From positions 1-56,896 of the forward strand of contig JYFJ02002444.1 in assembly GCA_000934665.2 (NCBI GenBank): DNA of 56,896 bases. The letters run 5' to 3'. The notes below the pieces were generated by a model, which was not told the DNA's origin, ran no database searches, and saw only the letters and a program-made list of their open reading frames with translations. The stretch is from Catajapyx aquilonaris. Its lineage: Eukaryota. Of the stretch, positions 29,345 through 47,120 are shown piece by piece (the first letter of the stretch is position 1; every line of letters begins with the position of its first letter). Both the position numbers and the translations under genes were made by a program.

Positions 29345-29780
29345 CCCTTAACTACGTAGGTGGAGCCTGAGAGGCTCCAAGCACTATTTAAACGAATGTA
29401 ACGTTTTCATTGAATTTTATTTTCCCCTGTCCTTCCGTGAATTTGTCAGAAAAACCTTCCTAAGCATGAAAATGAAAGAATTTTTTTAAAGTCCCTATTC
29501 TTTGGTTAAAACCAATTCGTAACGAGGAACAGGTCCCTCCTGGAACCGCTCAGGCTCTATATCTCGTAGGTGAAGCGTGAGCGGCTCAAACACATGATGT
29601 AACCTTTTAATTAATAATTTTTCCCTGTCGGAATATGCTGCTGACTCATTGTGTTATTTTTGTGTTTTCGGAAGCCTAATGATCTGAACTGCACTTTCTG
29701 TATGTGAAAAGTCCAATACAACAATTTAGTTGATAAGCAGAAATTTAAACATACCGTTGGAGCCTCTCAGGCTCCACCTT
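29345..29780. mobile_element. piggyBac-like non-autonomous element (right end incomplete)
   Basis: TTAA|CCCT terminus at 29341-29348; subterminal AGGTGGAGCCTGAGAGGCTCCA inverted at 29758-29780. Confidence 0.5.
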
Positions 29781-32015
29781 GGAGGTTCTTAGCGGGGTCA
29801 AAATTCGACCAGAAGGGGACAGGTTGGACAAAAGCACCATATTTTTTTCCATGGAACCTGTATTGCTTACGCTTTAGATTTTTGGTAGGATCCACATGAT
29901 CAAGACAATATATGGATCATGAGTTATGAGTCATAATCCATGTGAACGCGTGTCAGCCGGTGGGATACGTCTTCAATAAATAATTGTTGATACTGCCGCA
30001 TTACAAATGACAATAAATAGTTCCCCGCAGACTACTCATGTTATTTAAGTGTTACTTAAATAAGCTGCACAATAGGGGGTCGATCAGGTGTATGATCAGT
30101 GTGCATGAATGTAATGGTAATTGTATGGGGCATTCTGCATCAATGGGGCTACCCTTTATTGCCATGACCTTTTCAGGTTTTGGTCATGTTGAAGTATATT
30201 GTAGTACCAACAGACAGGTTTGCGTAACAGAGTTTGTTTCTCGGTACGACGAGTGGATATGAAACTTACTACAGGGTGCCTAATAATGTGCCAATTTTGC
30301 TCCGTAAGCATCCGTAAGCTGTTACTTGGAGGACAACTCCCAGAAGAACAGTTAATTCCTAAACTTTGTGTGCATTTGAAAGGTAATTTCACTCTTTATG
30401 AGATGGTCTTACTCGTAATTAAGAAGGCAAAAAAATCTTAAATAAAAATGGTGATCAAAAAATTTATTATTTTGATGTTGATCATTAATGAACCCCGATA
30501 AACCGCCCTACGCGAAATACATCATTCCAAAACACCTTCGTTGTATATATGGCCCTGGAGCAGTAACAACCCAAGCACGTGTTACGATGCTCAGAGATTT
30601 TGAAGAGAGCATCTATCATATTGTTGCTTAATAACAATATTAAGTAAGTGCTGAAATAGCAACTCCAATATTATTTCTGGATCTACAAATACCGGTACCC
30701 ATCTAATTGCTGAAATACTTTACAATAATTTTATTGGGAATCCATAAATGACACGAAAAATTCTGAAACTTGCTTCTTCAGAAGCTCTTAAAAATTGTGG
30801 TCTCTTAATTAATTTAATGTAATTTATCTTATTACTCAATGACATCGGTATTTATTGTTAACTCGGTCGAGTTCTTGAATCAGGCTTTCTCGCAATATAT
30901 GTACGGGGTAGCCCTTTATTTATTTTTAGAGTGACAATATTATTTTGCGAATGATATTTTGTTGCCAATTTACGGGATTTCTACGTATGGCGCACAAAAT
31001 GCTGTTGATATTTTGTCAGATCGAATTTCTGATCTCCAGATTTGGCAGCAATCTCAAGCAAACATTTCCCGTATTATTTGAAGCGCCATTCAAAATCAGT
31101 AGTATAGGGGTCGATTAATGAGTAGCTAATATAAAAATATAAAATTTTTGGGAACCATTTAGAATTTAAATTTTGGATTTTCATGGGCATATGTATGACC
31201 ATCTCATAGAAAGCGAAAATACCTTTCAAATGCACACATTAAATTTAAAATTAAACCTGATCTTGTGGCCCTCCCAAGTAACAGCATATACGTATGGGTC
31301 AAAAATGCTAGAAAATGGGCACATGTGACACCCTGTAGTTTCTAAACCACGCATCGTACACATAAACAAATTCGGTTGCATAAACCCAAAACGATGAGGA
31401 GGACCCCCCAAAAAAATGTCAAATTTGTATTTTTCAACTTGCTTTCCAGTGGTTATGAGAATAAATACATTTATCTAATTAATATAGAGCGGAAATATAA
31501 TGACACCAGTATACTTTGTGCTTCCTGATCCATTTTGGTAGTAAGATAATGGCTCTTTTCCCCGGTCATCAAATTAAAACTGCTTCCTTCTACCGGCTTT
31601 GATGAAGGTCATTGTGTAAACATCCTCTGCTAATCTCGGCATAAAAATACACGTGATCGAGCGATGTTCCATTTGAGGGGAATCTTTGGAACATGCTTCG
31701 GAAGAAGTGTCCGTCTTTTTTCCTTGTTCCGTATGCAGGGCTGACACGAATGTTTCAGCCACATGGTATCATTCTCTGGTCACATGGAGTTCACTGGAAG
31801 CTCACCTTTTCTCTTTACTTCCTTGTGATCTTCTGAGAAAAGTTGTAGGCCGGGATACACCCACTGACACATCTCTACTGATAATGGGGCCTCGGCCTCT
31901 GCCTATAAAATGGTTTATCTGCGGTCACCAATGTCACCATTTATTCAGTACGCCCTTCTACCCCAGAGAGAAAGGAGTCGTCTTGATTCAGTCGAGTGCA
32001 GCATCCTCCGAGACG

Positions 32016-37063
<5,048 letters not shown>

Positions 37064-37869
37064 ACGACCAGTAATGACTTTTTGCACTTGTCACCCTGCA
37101 ATACTCACCACCCTTGCCTGCACCATTTTTATATCGGGCATATGCATATTAGTGGGATATATCTTAGTTTCTTTTAAAGTAATGCCAATGTGAGTGATCA
37201 TACGCAACATTAGTCTACTCTCAAATCGGGGTCTCTAACACTACTATTGTGATTGTGTATCTCTATTTTATAAAGGGTTGAACATGAATCCTATGTCACT
37301 GGAGCTATGTCACGGGCCAATTTTGTGTCTGTTGGTTGGTAATTAATGATTAGGAAAGTAGACTTTTGATATTACTACTGTAGTGGCTGGTGCCCTGATC
37401 ACTGTAATATTATCCCACATTACATATACCGTACTATGATGGTTGTCACCATGTTATATTCTTATATTTGTCTTCTGTGCTGGGACAGGCACAAAAACAG
37501 GGCCATCCATTGGCACAAATGTGATCTGAGTGTTCTTGGAGTCTACCAACTGTGAACGTGAGAACGTCGATACATTTCAAGACTTGAACATTGCATTGTA
37601 TGTGGAAACATCAAAACATGTCACAATTAAAATATATTCATTATGAAAAGAGGTTTTGTCATTACCTTTTGGGTGCGTCTATGTATGGCAATAAATTAAT
37701 TCTCTCAACACAGAATTTTTGACCAATGAGAACTGCTTAAGTGTAACAATGCCTCGCCTGTAACAGCGTAAATGACCTCACTGTTTGTTCAGCTCCTTTA
37801 TTTCCTGAGCTTTGAATATTATGTGACACCCATAAAAAGCAACCAGTGCATTTTTTTTTTGTCTGGTTT

Positions 37870-38052
37870 GACTTGGATCAAGTGCGCCAATTTGGGAAAA
37901 TGTTAAGGTGAACAGGAAGATACCAATCTGCGCAGGATTCATCAAAATGGGAGAGTGCTTCAGGAAAATATTCCATCAGGTTGGTACAATCGACTCAAAT
38001 CGTTCAAAAATACCTTCATGCGCACTTGTTATTTCAGCTATGCCTGGAGTGG
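37870..38052 (+). pseudogene. OBP-like gene fragment (exon 4 end, exon 5, intron 5, exon 6 start)
   Basis: Matches 8719-8972 but lacks intron 4. Confidence 0.8.
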
Positions 38053-38928
38053 TTATTAACCAAGGAAATAGGTCTAAAATTGATAATTGACTTGGGGTAA
38101 CCACCTTTGAAAGTGGGTACAACAGCTGCTTTAAAACAGACTTCGGGAACAGATGAATCGCGTATACACTTATCGAACATATCAAAAACAACTCGTCTCA
38201 ATTCAACTTTTAACTTGCAAAATGCGTTGGGTATTCCATCCGGTCCAGCAACAGAGCAGGGCTTTAAATGAATTTACGAACTTCCAGAAATCGCGGGGAG
38301 ACTTCAAATTGGGAGTTTCGTGCACCGTGACGGACCAGTACTTTTATGCCTTAGTTTTTTTGTGCCGATTAAAAAGCAATATTAATCCTCGTTTGATCTG
38401 TGTAGTTCCTTTTCCATTCCTTTATAGAGCTTGGCTAAGAGAGCGCTTTTCAGCGACTAGTTCGAGGTCAAACCAGGGGGTCTGTCTAACTCGCTTGTGC
38501 TCGGGATTCACCTGTTTATTGGTCGAAATTAACCCGTAGTCCAAGAGTATGCCAGTGGCTGCATAGTACACCTGCTTAGCTTGGTTAAGCTTGCTTAGCT
38601 TATCACCAATAGCGGTTATCAGATTTCGCTAGTCGTTACTCGTTCTATTCCCATCCATTAAGAAAATGTCATTCAGAAAAATGTTTATTATGCAGTTTCA
38701 TTACAGCATAAAATTGGTACCGTGCAGCATTTCCAGAAATTACAATGATTTTATTGTCCAATCTACTTATTACCAACAATAACTGCGATCATTTTAAAAT
38801 GGCGGCATTTTTGCAATGATTGATAGTTTCTAATTTTTATTAGACAATTAATGAATTCATTATGATGTGATATTTAGGCCTGAAAACCTAAATTTTCCTC
38901 TACCTCTGTAACAATGTGATGTACATGC

Positions 38929-39246
38929 TCACGAGGCATGAGAATCGAGAAGGCCGCCTAACTACCTTTGCGCACACCATTTCCTCCTGTGTCTCGCTAA
39001 AGTTGCTGGAGTACTAAAGTTTTGCTTGCAAACGTCGCAATTGTAAGGCGTCTCCTTCTTATGCAACGTCATGTGGGCTCTCCAAGACGGGTACTGAGAA
39101 AACCTTCTGTTGCAAATCTCGCAATTGAACGGCTGCTCACATCTCATGTGAGGAGTCAGACTACATTCCTGTGCAATACTCTCCTTGCAACTCGCACAAC
39201 TAAAAGGCTTTTCACCCGTATGAATCCGCATATGCCTTATCAACTG
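38929..39246 (-). pseudogene. ZF4 paralogue pseudogene fragment
   Basis: Copy of 22238-22567 with internal deletion and TAG at ~38962; 5' part replaced by transposon sequence. Confidence 0.85.
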
Positions 39247-39396
39247 GGGTCATTCCATGTCAAATCATCACAGTTTGGAATTAAAATAGGCCTTGACCCC
39301 TCAGATTTTGATGAAACTTGGTGTATCTAGTGTCCTTACATAGCTATGAATGAAAACCAAAAGAAATATTTTTTTTGGCCTACCATTCAAGAGTTA
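39247..39396. mobile_element. DNA-transposon end (GGGTCATTCCATGTC)
   Basis: Abruptly interrupts the ZF pseudogene; related inverted terminus GACGTGGAATGACCC at 700-714. Confidence 0.45.
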
Positions 39397-40765
39397 TCTA
39401 TAATATTAAAATGCTTGCGGACTATGTATAAGCCCTCTGATTGGTCCGCCGCCGCGCATTGTTGCCCCCACCTCCCCATTGGCCCGCGTTCATTGTTCCC
39501 TGGACGCATTGTTACCATGACGCCTCCAATTGGCCCCCCTTCCGAGCATGCGCAATGGGTGGAAGAACGCCACAGTCGCTTGCTGGACGTCAACGAGGAC
39601 ACATCATTCTCCTCTCCCATGAAGACCCCTCCACCCTTCCACCTTCCTCCGCCCGCACGTCTTCACGGTGACCTCACAACAGGGGAGGGGGAGAGGGGAG
39701 AGGGGGGAATGGAACGTACGTGCCGTAAACAAACCGAATCGAATGTTGCCCAAGGTCGGAATCTGTTGTTTATCAGTGTTGCCAATAACTCCATGGACGG
39801 TTATGAACAAAGTAAAATAATTCCGGTTTTTTAAACGAGGTCCTTACTGCTGCCGTCAGATATGAGAAGACCGTAACTCAATGGCCACTTCCCCTTGCGC
39901 CGCTTGCGACGAGAAAAAAAAGCAGTGGTACCAAAAGCACCCGACAGTTGGAGTTGGGATGCCGTTCCTTTTTCCCCCTTCCCCCAACGCCACCTCTTGG
40001 ATGCTGTCAGTAACACTTGCTTTCTTTTCTCGCCGCAAGGGAAGTGGATAATGAGTTACGGTCCTCTCACATCTGACTGCAGTACTGGCATCCCCCAGTG
40101 GGAAGAATTGCAGGATTAACCCGGGGATAGACCGAGAACGTCAAAAGAAAGTGTCGTGAAGAATTAAACCAGTTTTTGATCGTGTAATATTATTTTTTTA
40201 ATTGTAGTTATTTTTTATTTATTAAAATAATCGCGGCCACCCTCGACACCCACGGAGACGGCGTCGCGACCCCCAGGTTGGGAACCACTGATCTAATACA
40301 GACACTGCCAAGTTCCATTGGCTGTTTATTAGTAAAAAGGGAAGTTATGAGCAGTTAGAAAAACGTGGTCGGACAGCGTGCATATGATTTAGATACATGT
40401 GCGAGTGCATGCGAATAGAGGCGGAATAGAGGTTGTGAGTTTTTGTTCATACAATAATTTTTTTTAAAAAATTGCAAAGGTATGGGTATGTTGAGGTGGG
40501 CAAATGCATATTTCCCAGCCAATGCAGAGGTGGGATTGCAGATTGGTCGCAGGGTATAGGGAATCACAGATATGTGAATGCACGGAGGAACGGGTGGGGG
40601 TGGGGGGTTTGAATATGATAGGCATCATCACTGGCAATATAAGTCCAAAGCGATTGAAAATATGGTGGGCACTGTAGGCCGCAGGCCTAGAAAAGAGCGA
40701 GCGAAGCGAGCGGATTTCTAGGCCAGCGCCCTAGGAGAATACGAGCGGAGCGAGGGTTTTCCTAG
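39397..40765 (+). mobile_element. non-autonomous Helitron, unit 1
   Basis: A|TCTATAATATTAAAATGCTTGCG 5' end; 3' GCGAAGC/GCGGAGC hairpins then CTAG. Confidence 0.85.
39849..40083. mobile_element. MITE nested in Helitron unit 1
   Basis: GTCAGATATGAGAAGACCGTAACTCA...TGAGTTACGGTCCTCTCACATCTGAC inverted ends, plus inner CCACTTCCCCTTGCG / CGCAAGGGAAGTGG. Confidence 0.6.
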
Positions 40766-42782
40766 TCTATAATATTAAAATCCTTGCGGTCTATGGCCGA
40801 GCCCTCTGATTGGTCCGCCCCCCGTATTGTTGCCGCCACCTCTTCCTATTGGCCCCCGTCCATTGTTGCTGCGTCGTATCCATGACGCATTGTTACCATG
40901 ACGCCTCCGATTGGCCCCTGTTCCGAGCATGCGCAGTGGGGGTGGAACACGTCCAGTTGCCTGCTGACCTCCGTGGGAGAAGGTCGCTTTTTTCCGTCTC
41001 TCCCGCCTCGGTCATCGTCACCACTGCCGGACCTTTACCCCTCCCCCACCCAACTGTCCCCCCTTCGCCGCGGGTATAGCTGGTTATTGAAAAATGGCCG
41101 TATGCACTGGCGGAGAAATGTAAGTTCGAAATTCTAACCTTAGCATTAGGCCTATACTGATCGGACTGCTTTGGATGAGCGCGCGTAGGCCTACCCATGC
41201 GCGGTGCTTTCACAGATGGGAAGAAGGCCTACAGTACACTGTCTTCGAGGCACTTCTTTCGGACGTAGAATCGAACGCAAATAATCGGGTTGCAAATCTA
41301 CCCACGTTCCAATTAGCCAGGAATGCATAGTGTTGATGGTCATCCAGTGGTGCCAACTGATGGCAGGTTGTTTATACAGTCAGTGAAGGTTATTGAGTTG
41401 GCACAGCTGGCAACCAACAACAATACAGACTCCAATTACACTGTACTCACGATTATCCGGGTGTGGATTATCCGTGGATCGCCATAATATTTTAAGGGCG
41501 ATAGCCCTTAAGTAAGACCGTAGCATAGATTTCAACAATGTTTCAACAATGAATTTTTCCTACTTCTTGTTGTTCTTCTTCTTCTTGTTACGTTTTTTTT
41601 TATTCGCCCTAACTCAAGTTCTGCTGTAGGTAGAGCTTCCAAATTTTGAACACAGATCCCACCCTCGTGAAGTGCATTCCTACCATTTACACTTTTACTT
41701 AATTCCTCTTCAAAACGCCGCAAAAAATTTTAAACCACCAAAAAATACGCATCATTTTTTTTGCTCAATAACTATTCGGAATTTGGTTTCTTCGTCAAAG
41801 GGCCGAAGATGCAGTAGGATGGTGCGGATCTATGTTCAAAATCCCACAGTTCCCAATGCTACAGGATTGGAGCTGTGATTTTTTTACCTCGTATTTTTTC
41901 TGTCATTACTTCATTTGTTCGTTACACTATCACCTAGAAACGTCAATTGTTGTTTACCACCTCATATATTGTTGTGGGTCAAAGGAGGACAAGATGAGCG
42001 ACGCCGAGTCGTACTGTCGCCGTTGGGTTTTCACCCACCCTTTGTGTTTTTTGTACCGTCTGGTACAGTTCTCAATGTATATATTCCGTATATTTTAGCG
42101 TATAGGCTATTTCATAATAATTAAATCAGACTAACCGTTGGCTGGTAGCACTCCACTTTCGTTTTTTTACGACTGTCTCTGTGAAAATAATTTTAGGGAC
42201 TTCTAAGCGACGAAAATCGTCTCCAATGCATTCATAGTGCAGACTGTATACTTGTATAGTGTAGACACTGTAGAGCATAAGTTATGCGTACTGTCAAAAA
42301 AGAACTGAAATTATATCAAAAACTTTCCCTTCAGTAAAAAAAAGAGAAGTAAGACCTCCGCGGCGGAATGAAAGTACTGAAACAAGGCAGGCGCACGTAA
42401 GATCTTCACCAATTGATTTAAGCTGTACCATAGGTCTTACTCAAGCAATTCTCAAGTACGGTATGGAACGTCTCGTAAAATGACTGCTGCAAACTACTCA
42501 GAGCAGTAGGTAGGATTTTATTATGAAAGGAAAAAAATGGGGGGAAAACTAAACCCATTCTAACAGACTTGGTCCAATCGAAAAAGTAAAATTCTAAGGT
42601 AAGTTCTATTTTTTTGGATTAACCAAGCAGCATGCTCTTTGTACAGCGAAATCAACAACCTGTGAATAGCTCCCTTTCCAGGACCATTTTCCGATTGTCC
42701 GTGTTTCCCAATAATCTGTGTTGCAACACCCGTGCAGTCATTAGCCAGGATAATAATCGGAAATACAGTGTATACCTATGTA

Positions 42783-43017
42783 CCGAAGCAGGTTGGCATG
42801 GTGGATAAGGCGTCCGACTCCTAATCGGGAGGTCCTGGGTTCGAATCCCGGGGCCGGCAACCCTGACCGTGGTTTTCTGTGGTTTTCCGCGGTCTTTCTA
42901 GGATAATATATTCCGGGGTCGCGTCCGTATAATAGGCCACAGCCGCTTCCTTCCTTCCCTATCCTTGGAGGTTATTGAAAGGCAATGCTGGGCCAACCTC
43001 CCTAATATCAATTAATT
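42783..43017 (+). mobile_element. tRNA(Arg-CCT)-derived SINE
   Basis: A box TGGCATGGTGG, B box GGTTCGAATCC, anticodon arm TCCGA-CTCCTAA-TCGGG, non-tRNA body ...AGGCCACAGCCGCTTCCTTCC; degenerate TSD cagtgt(at)acctatgt; empty site in Helitron unit 3 (~45253). Confidence 0.8.
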
Positions 43018-43325
43018 CAGTGTACCTATGTGTACAGACTGTATGGTCGCCCAGCTGTATTGTTGTACAAACACTGGGTAGGCTCGGTTCGCCACCTTGA
43101 ATCACATGCATCATTGGAACCACAGATAGGAGCCGTAGTATTTTCAAACTGCACACCCATAAATAACCCTTGACGAGTTTTTGGCAGGTTTTTGGGCCGC
43201 TTCTTTCTCTTTTTTTTGTCCAAAATGCGACGTAGGAGTGATATATTAATGAATAACAAATTCGCGCCAAAATTAAATTCGTGCTGGTCCTTTTCGTTGT
43301 AAAATGCCGGGAAAAAATTAATTTA

Positions 43326-43664
43326 CAGGGTGCTTCGGAAATAAACTTTTTAGAATCGTCCTGCTCTCAGAAAGTCGATCAGAAGTCGAATAGGCCTAAC
43401 AAGTGGACTCAGTCAGTCAGTCACTATATGCATTGTTCTTACGGTTACATAAAATATTACCACAACACTGTACAGTGTTGGACATTAATCGAGGCAGGAA
43501 CCGAAGATAAGCATTCTGCAAGCCAGGCGAGCAAGATTCCTTCTTCTGCCGGTTCCGAAAATGTCGCTAGCTTTATGCCTCGATATTATGTCCAACACTG
43601 TAGGCTACTATCAGTACTATGATAAACTCCCAAGGCCAAGGGTCCAGACTTTACGGGCACCCTG
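43326..43664. mobile_element. Tc1/mariner-like MITE nested in Helitron unit 2
   Basis: TA|CAGGGTG ... CACCCTG|TA; same insertion in unit 3 at 45562-46099. Confidence 0.65.
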
Positions 43665-44102
43665 TAGTACTGAGGGAACAGGTTTACATAAATGATCACG
43701 TGGGAGCAACGTGACCTTGGCATATACGACTCAACTTGGCGGGAACAGGGGGAGAATCTGGAGTTGCTATGGTGGTTGAGTCACAATCCAAGAGATGGCA
43801 GGAGCATATTGAACCGGGTTTGGCACCGCCAAGTTCTCCTTCTCTATGCACATCCTCGCGCACCAAATTCAAAAGCCCTCAGAACATCATAATAATTATG
43901 ATGTAGGGCCTACTCAGCCGTCAAAGGGGTATAAATATAAGGAGGGAGGAGGGAGGGACGGGGGAGTATGACGTGGGTAATTGTTGGATGAGCATCATTA
44001 AGAACACGGCCTACACCGCAGGCCTAGAAAAGAGCGAGCGAAGCCAGTGGTTTTCTAGACCTGCGCCCTAGGAAAAGACGAGCGGAGCGAGGGTTTTCCT
44101 AG

Positions 44103-46534
44103 TCTATAATATTAAATTGCTTGCGTTGTGTGTATAAGCCCTCTGATTGGTCCGCCCCCGTATTGTTGCCGCCACCTGTTCCTATTGGCCCCCGTCCATT
44201 GTTGCTGCGTCGTATCCATGACGCACTGTTACCACGACGCCTCCGATTGGCCCCCGTTCCGAGCATGCGCAGTGGGGGTGGAACACGTCCAGTTGCCTAC
44301 TGGCCTCCTTGGGAGAAGGTCGTTTTTTTTCCCCCGTCTCTCCCGCCGCCGTCATCGTCCCCTGCCGGACCCTTACCCCTTCCCCACCTATGCTACCTGT
44401 CCCCCCTTCGCCACTCGTCACTGATGGTTATTGAAAAATGGCCGTAGGCACTGGTGGAGACGGGTGGAGAATAATGTAAGTTCGAAATTAGAGCATTTTG
44501 GCGGCTTACAGGGCTCAAAATCCATGCAAAATTTTCATTCACACAAATGTAATAGCCTACCATTGCTGATCGGGCTGCTTAGGAACTGCGTGCGTAGGCC
44601 TACCCATGCGCGGTGCTTTCACAGATGGGAAGTACAGTACACTGTCTTCGGGGCACTTCTTGCGGTGCAGTGTCGGAAACTGACTACCGTCGAATGCGTA
44701 GAATCGAACGTAAGAAGGCGGGGTGCAAATATCACGCGTTCGAATTATTAGCCTGGAACGTACTATATTGTTGGTCTTCCGGCAGGTTGTTTATTGAGTC
44801 AGTGAAGGTCATTGAGTTGGCACAACTGGCAACCAACAATAGAATCCAATTACACTGTACTCCCGATTATCAGGGTGCGGATAATACGTGCATCGCCATA
44901 ATAATATAAACATTTACGTCCGAAAAAATGTCTGGAATTTTTGTCCCACTGCTAGATAGTGCATACTGATAACTTAGCAGTGGTAAGGAAATTCCACCCA
45001 ATATCAATATCAATGTCTCACCAAAGGAAAAAAATATATACCATACTTACTCTAGAAGGCAAAGTAAAAATCTATGGTAAGTTTTATTTTTTGAATTAAC
45101 CAAGCAAGCAGCATGCTCTTTGTACAGTAGTACATCAACAACCTGTGAATAGCTCCCTTTCCAGGATCATTTTCCGATTGTCCGTGTTTCCCAATTATCT
45201 GGCAACACCCGTGCAGACGTGCAGTCATTAGCTTGGATAATAATCGGAAGTACAGTGTACCTATGTGTACAGACTGTAGGGTCGCCCAGCTGTATTGTTG
45301 TATAAACACTGGGTAAGCTCTGTTCGCCACCTTGAATCACAGCCATCATTGGAACCACAGATGGGAACTGTATTTTCAAATTGCACACCCTTATCCCTTT
45401 CACAAGTTTTTATCCGGTTTTTGGGCCGTCTCTTTCCTTCTTTTTGTTCAAAATTCGATGTAGGAGTGATATTAATGAATAACAACTTTGAGCCAAAATT
45501 AATCATTTAAATTCGTATAGTGGTCCTTTTGATTGTAAAATGCCGGAGAAAAATTCATATACAGGGTGTCCCGCAAAATAAACTTTTTAGAATCGTCCAG
45601 CTCTCAGAAAGTCGATAGGCCTCACAAGTTGACTCAGTGACTATGGTACATTGTTCTTATGGTTACATAATATTACCACAACACTGTACTATGATAAACT
45701 CCCAAGGGTCGGGGAGGTGTAGATGGCCGAGATGGTAACGTCTCGGCTTGCTGAGTGAAAGGCCCCTGGTTCGATACCCGCCTGGGGAGTTTTCCTTTCA
45801 CCTGCGTCAGGAGGGTTTCTGACCTGTACCTTATTAATTGGAGGTGTCTGGCAACCTAATCTCCTGGGGAACAGCACATGACCCCTTTACAGATCTTGCA
45901 CTTGCACCTATATGTTCCCTCCCCAAAAATCCCTACCCCTACCCTACATCCTTGACTCCTTGCACCGGATATTGAAGTTGAAATATAGAAAAATCGAGTT
46001 AAATGCTGGTATTCCACCCCCCTAAAAAGGCTCCGCCTTATCACGGGGTAACTTTAAAAAAAAAACCCTCCCCAGAGTTCATACTTTACGGGCACCCTGT
46101 ACTGAGGGAACATGTTTACATAAATGATCACGGGTGGGAGCAACGTGACCTTGGCATATACGACTCAACTTGGCGGGAACATGGGGGGGAATCTGGAGTT
46201 GCTATGGTAGTTGAGTCACCATCCAAGAGATGGCAGGAGCATATTGAACCGGGTTTGGCACTGAAAAGTTCGCCATCTCTATGCACATCCTCCAGGGCCA
46301 AATTCACAAACCATCAGGACATCATAATAATTATGATGTACTTAGCCGTCAAAGGTTTAATATAAGGAGGGGGGAGGAAGGGGGAGGGGAGTATGATGAG
46401 AATAATTGTTGGGTGAGCATCATTTAGAACATGGCCTACACCTCCGGCCGCAGGCCTATAAAACAGCGAGCGAAGCGAGTGGTTTTCTAGGCCTGCGCCC
46501 TAGGAAAAGGCGAGCGGAGCGAGGATTTTCCTAG
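44103..46534 (+). mobile_element. non-autonomous Helitron, unit 3
   Basis: TCTATAATATTAAA start after unit-2 CTAG; ends ...GCGGAGCGAGGATTTTCCTAG|T. Confidence 0.85.
45711..46065 (+). mobile_element. second tRNA-derived SINE (poly-A tail) nested in the mariner-like MITE of Helitron unit 3
   Basis: A box TGGCCGAGATGG, B box GGTTCGATACC, A-run 46056-46065, degenerate TSD ctcccaagggtc/ctccccagagttc; absent from unit 2. Confidence 0.7.
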
Positions 46535-46683
46535 TATAAATAATTAAAAGTAGCACTCTTTAAGAGGTCTAAACATAATATTATACACTTTGCCTTGCCA
46601 TAATTGCCAGACTCCCTTTTCATTGTACCGTACAAGACTCATAAATCCTAATCTGCAAGAGTATTATGTCCCACCCCATACAG

Positions 46684-47120
46684 GTCTGGACAGCATCCAC
46701 GGACTGACCACTTCCACTCCAATGAGACTACGGATTGACCTGGAGGATTGGGAGGGGGAGAAGAGGGTCGTCGCCTTGTACAGCACTTTCGTGGTCGGAG
46801 GGGAAGAGGAGAAGTACAGGCTCACTGTGGGAGGGTACGAGGAGGGACCGGGAGGTGAAGGCCCTGGGGACTCTCTGGACTACCACAATGGCAGGGCATT
46901 CACCACAAAAGACAGGGACAACGATGATCGCACTGGAGAGAACTGCTCAGAGGAGTACAAGGGTGGATGGTGGTACCGTAATTGCCACTTTTCCCAACTG
47001 ACCGGACTTTATCTCAAGGGAGAGCATGACGACCAATCCAGTAAAGGTGTCAACTGGTACCACTGGAAGGGATATGCTTACTCTCTGAGAAGAGCAGCCA
47101 TGCTGATCAGACCCAGATGA
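46684..47120 (+). other. intact orphan FREP terminal exon
   Basis: ccccatacag|GTCTGGAC acceptor; open frame GLDSIH...GGWWYRNCHF...MLIRPR*; only ~150 bp of intron 5 upstream before the Helitron array. Confidence 0.8.

Larger units (their letters stand above)
40766..44102 (+). mobile_element. non-autonomous Helitron, unit 2
   Basis: Begins TCTATAATATTAAA directly after unit-1 CTAG; ends ...GCGGAGCGAGGGTTTTCCTAG; largely alignable to unit 3. Confidence 0.85.

Noticed and set aside
42788..42859. Functional tRNA-Arg(CCT) gene
   Set aside because: Acceptor stem is mismatched, it runs into a SINE-type body with TSDs, and the paralogous Helitron has the empty site
39346..46365. Short ORFs within Helitrons as captured genes or RepHel
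   Set aside because: No Rep/helicase or other recognisable motifs, and frames are not conserved between units 2 and 3
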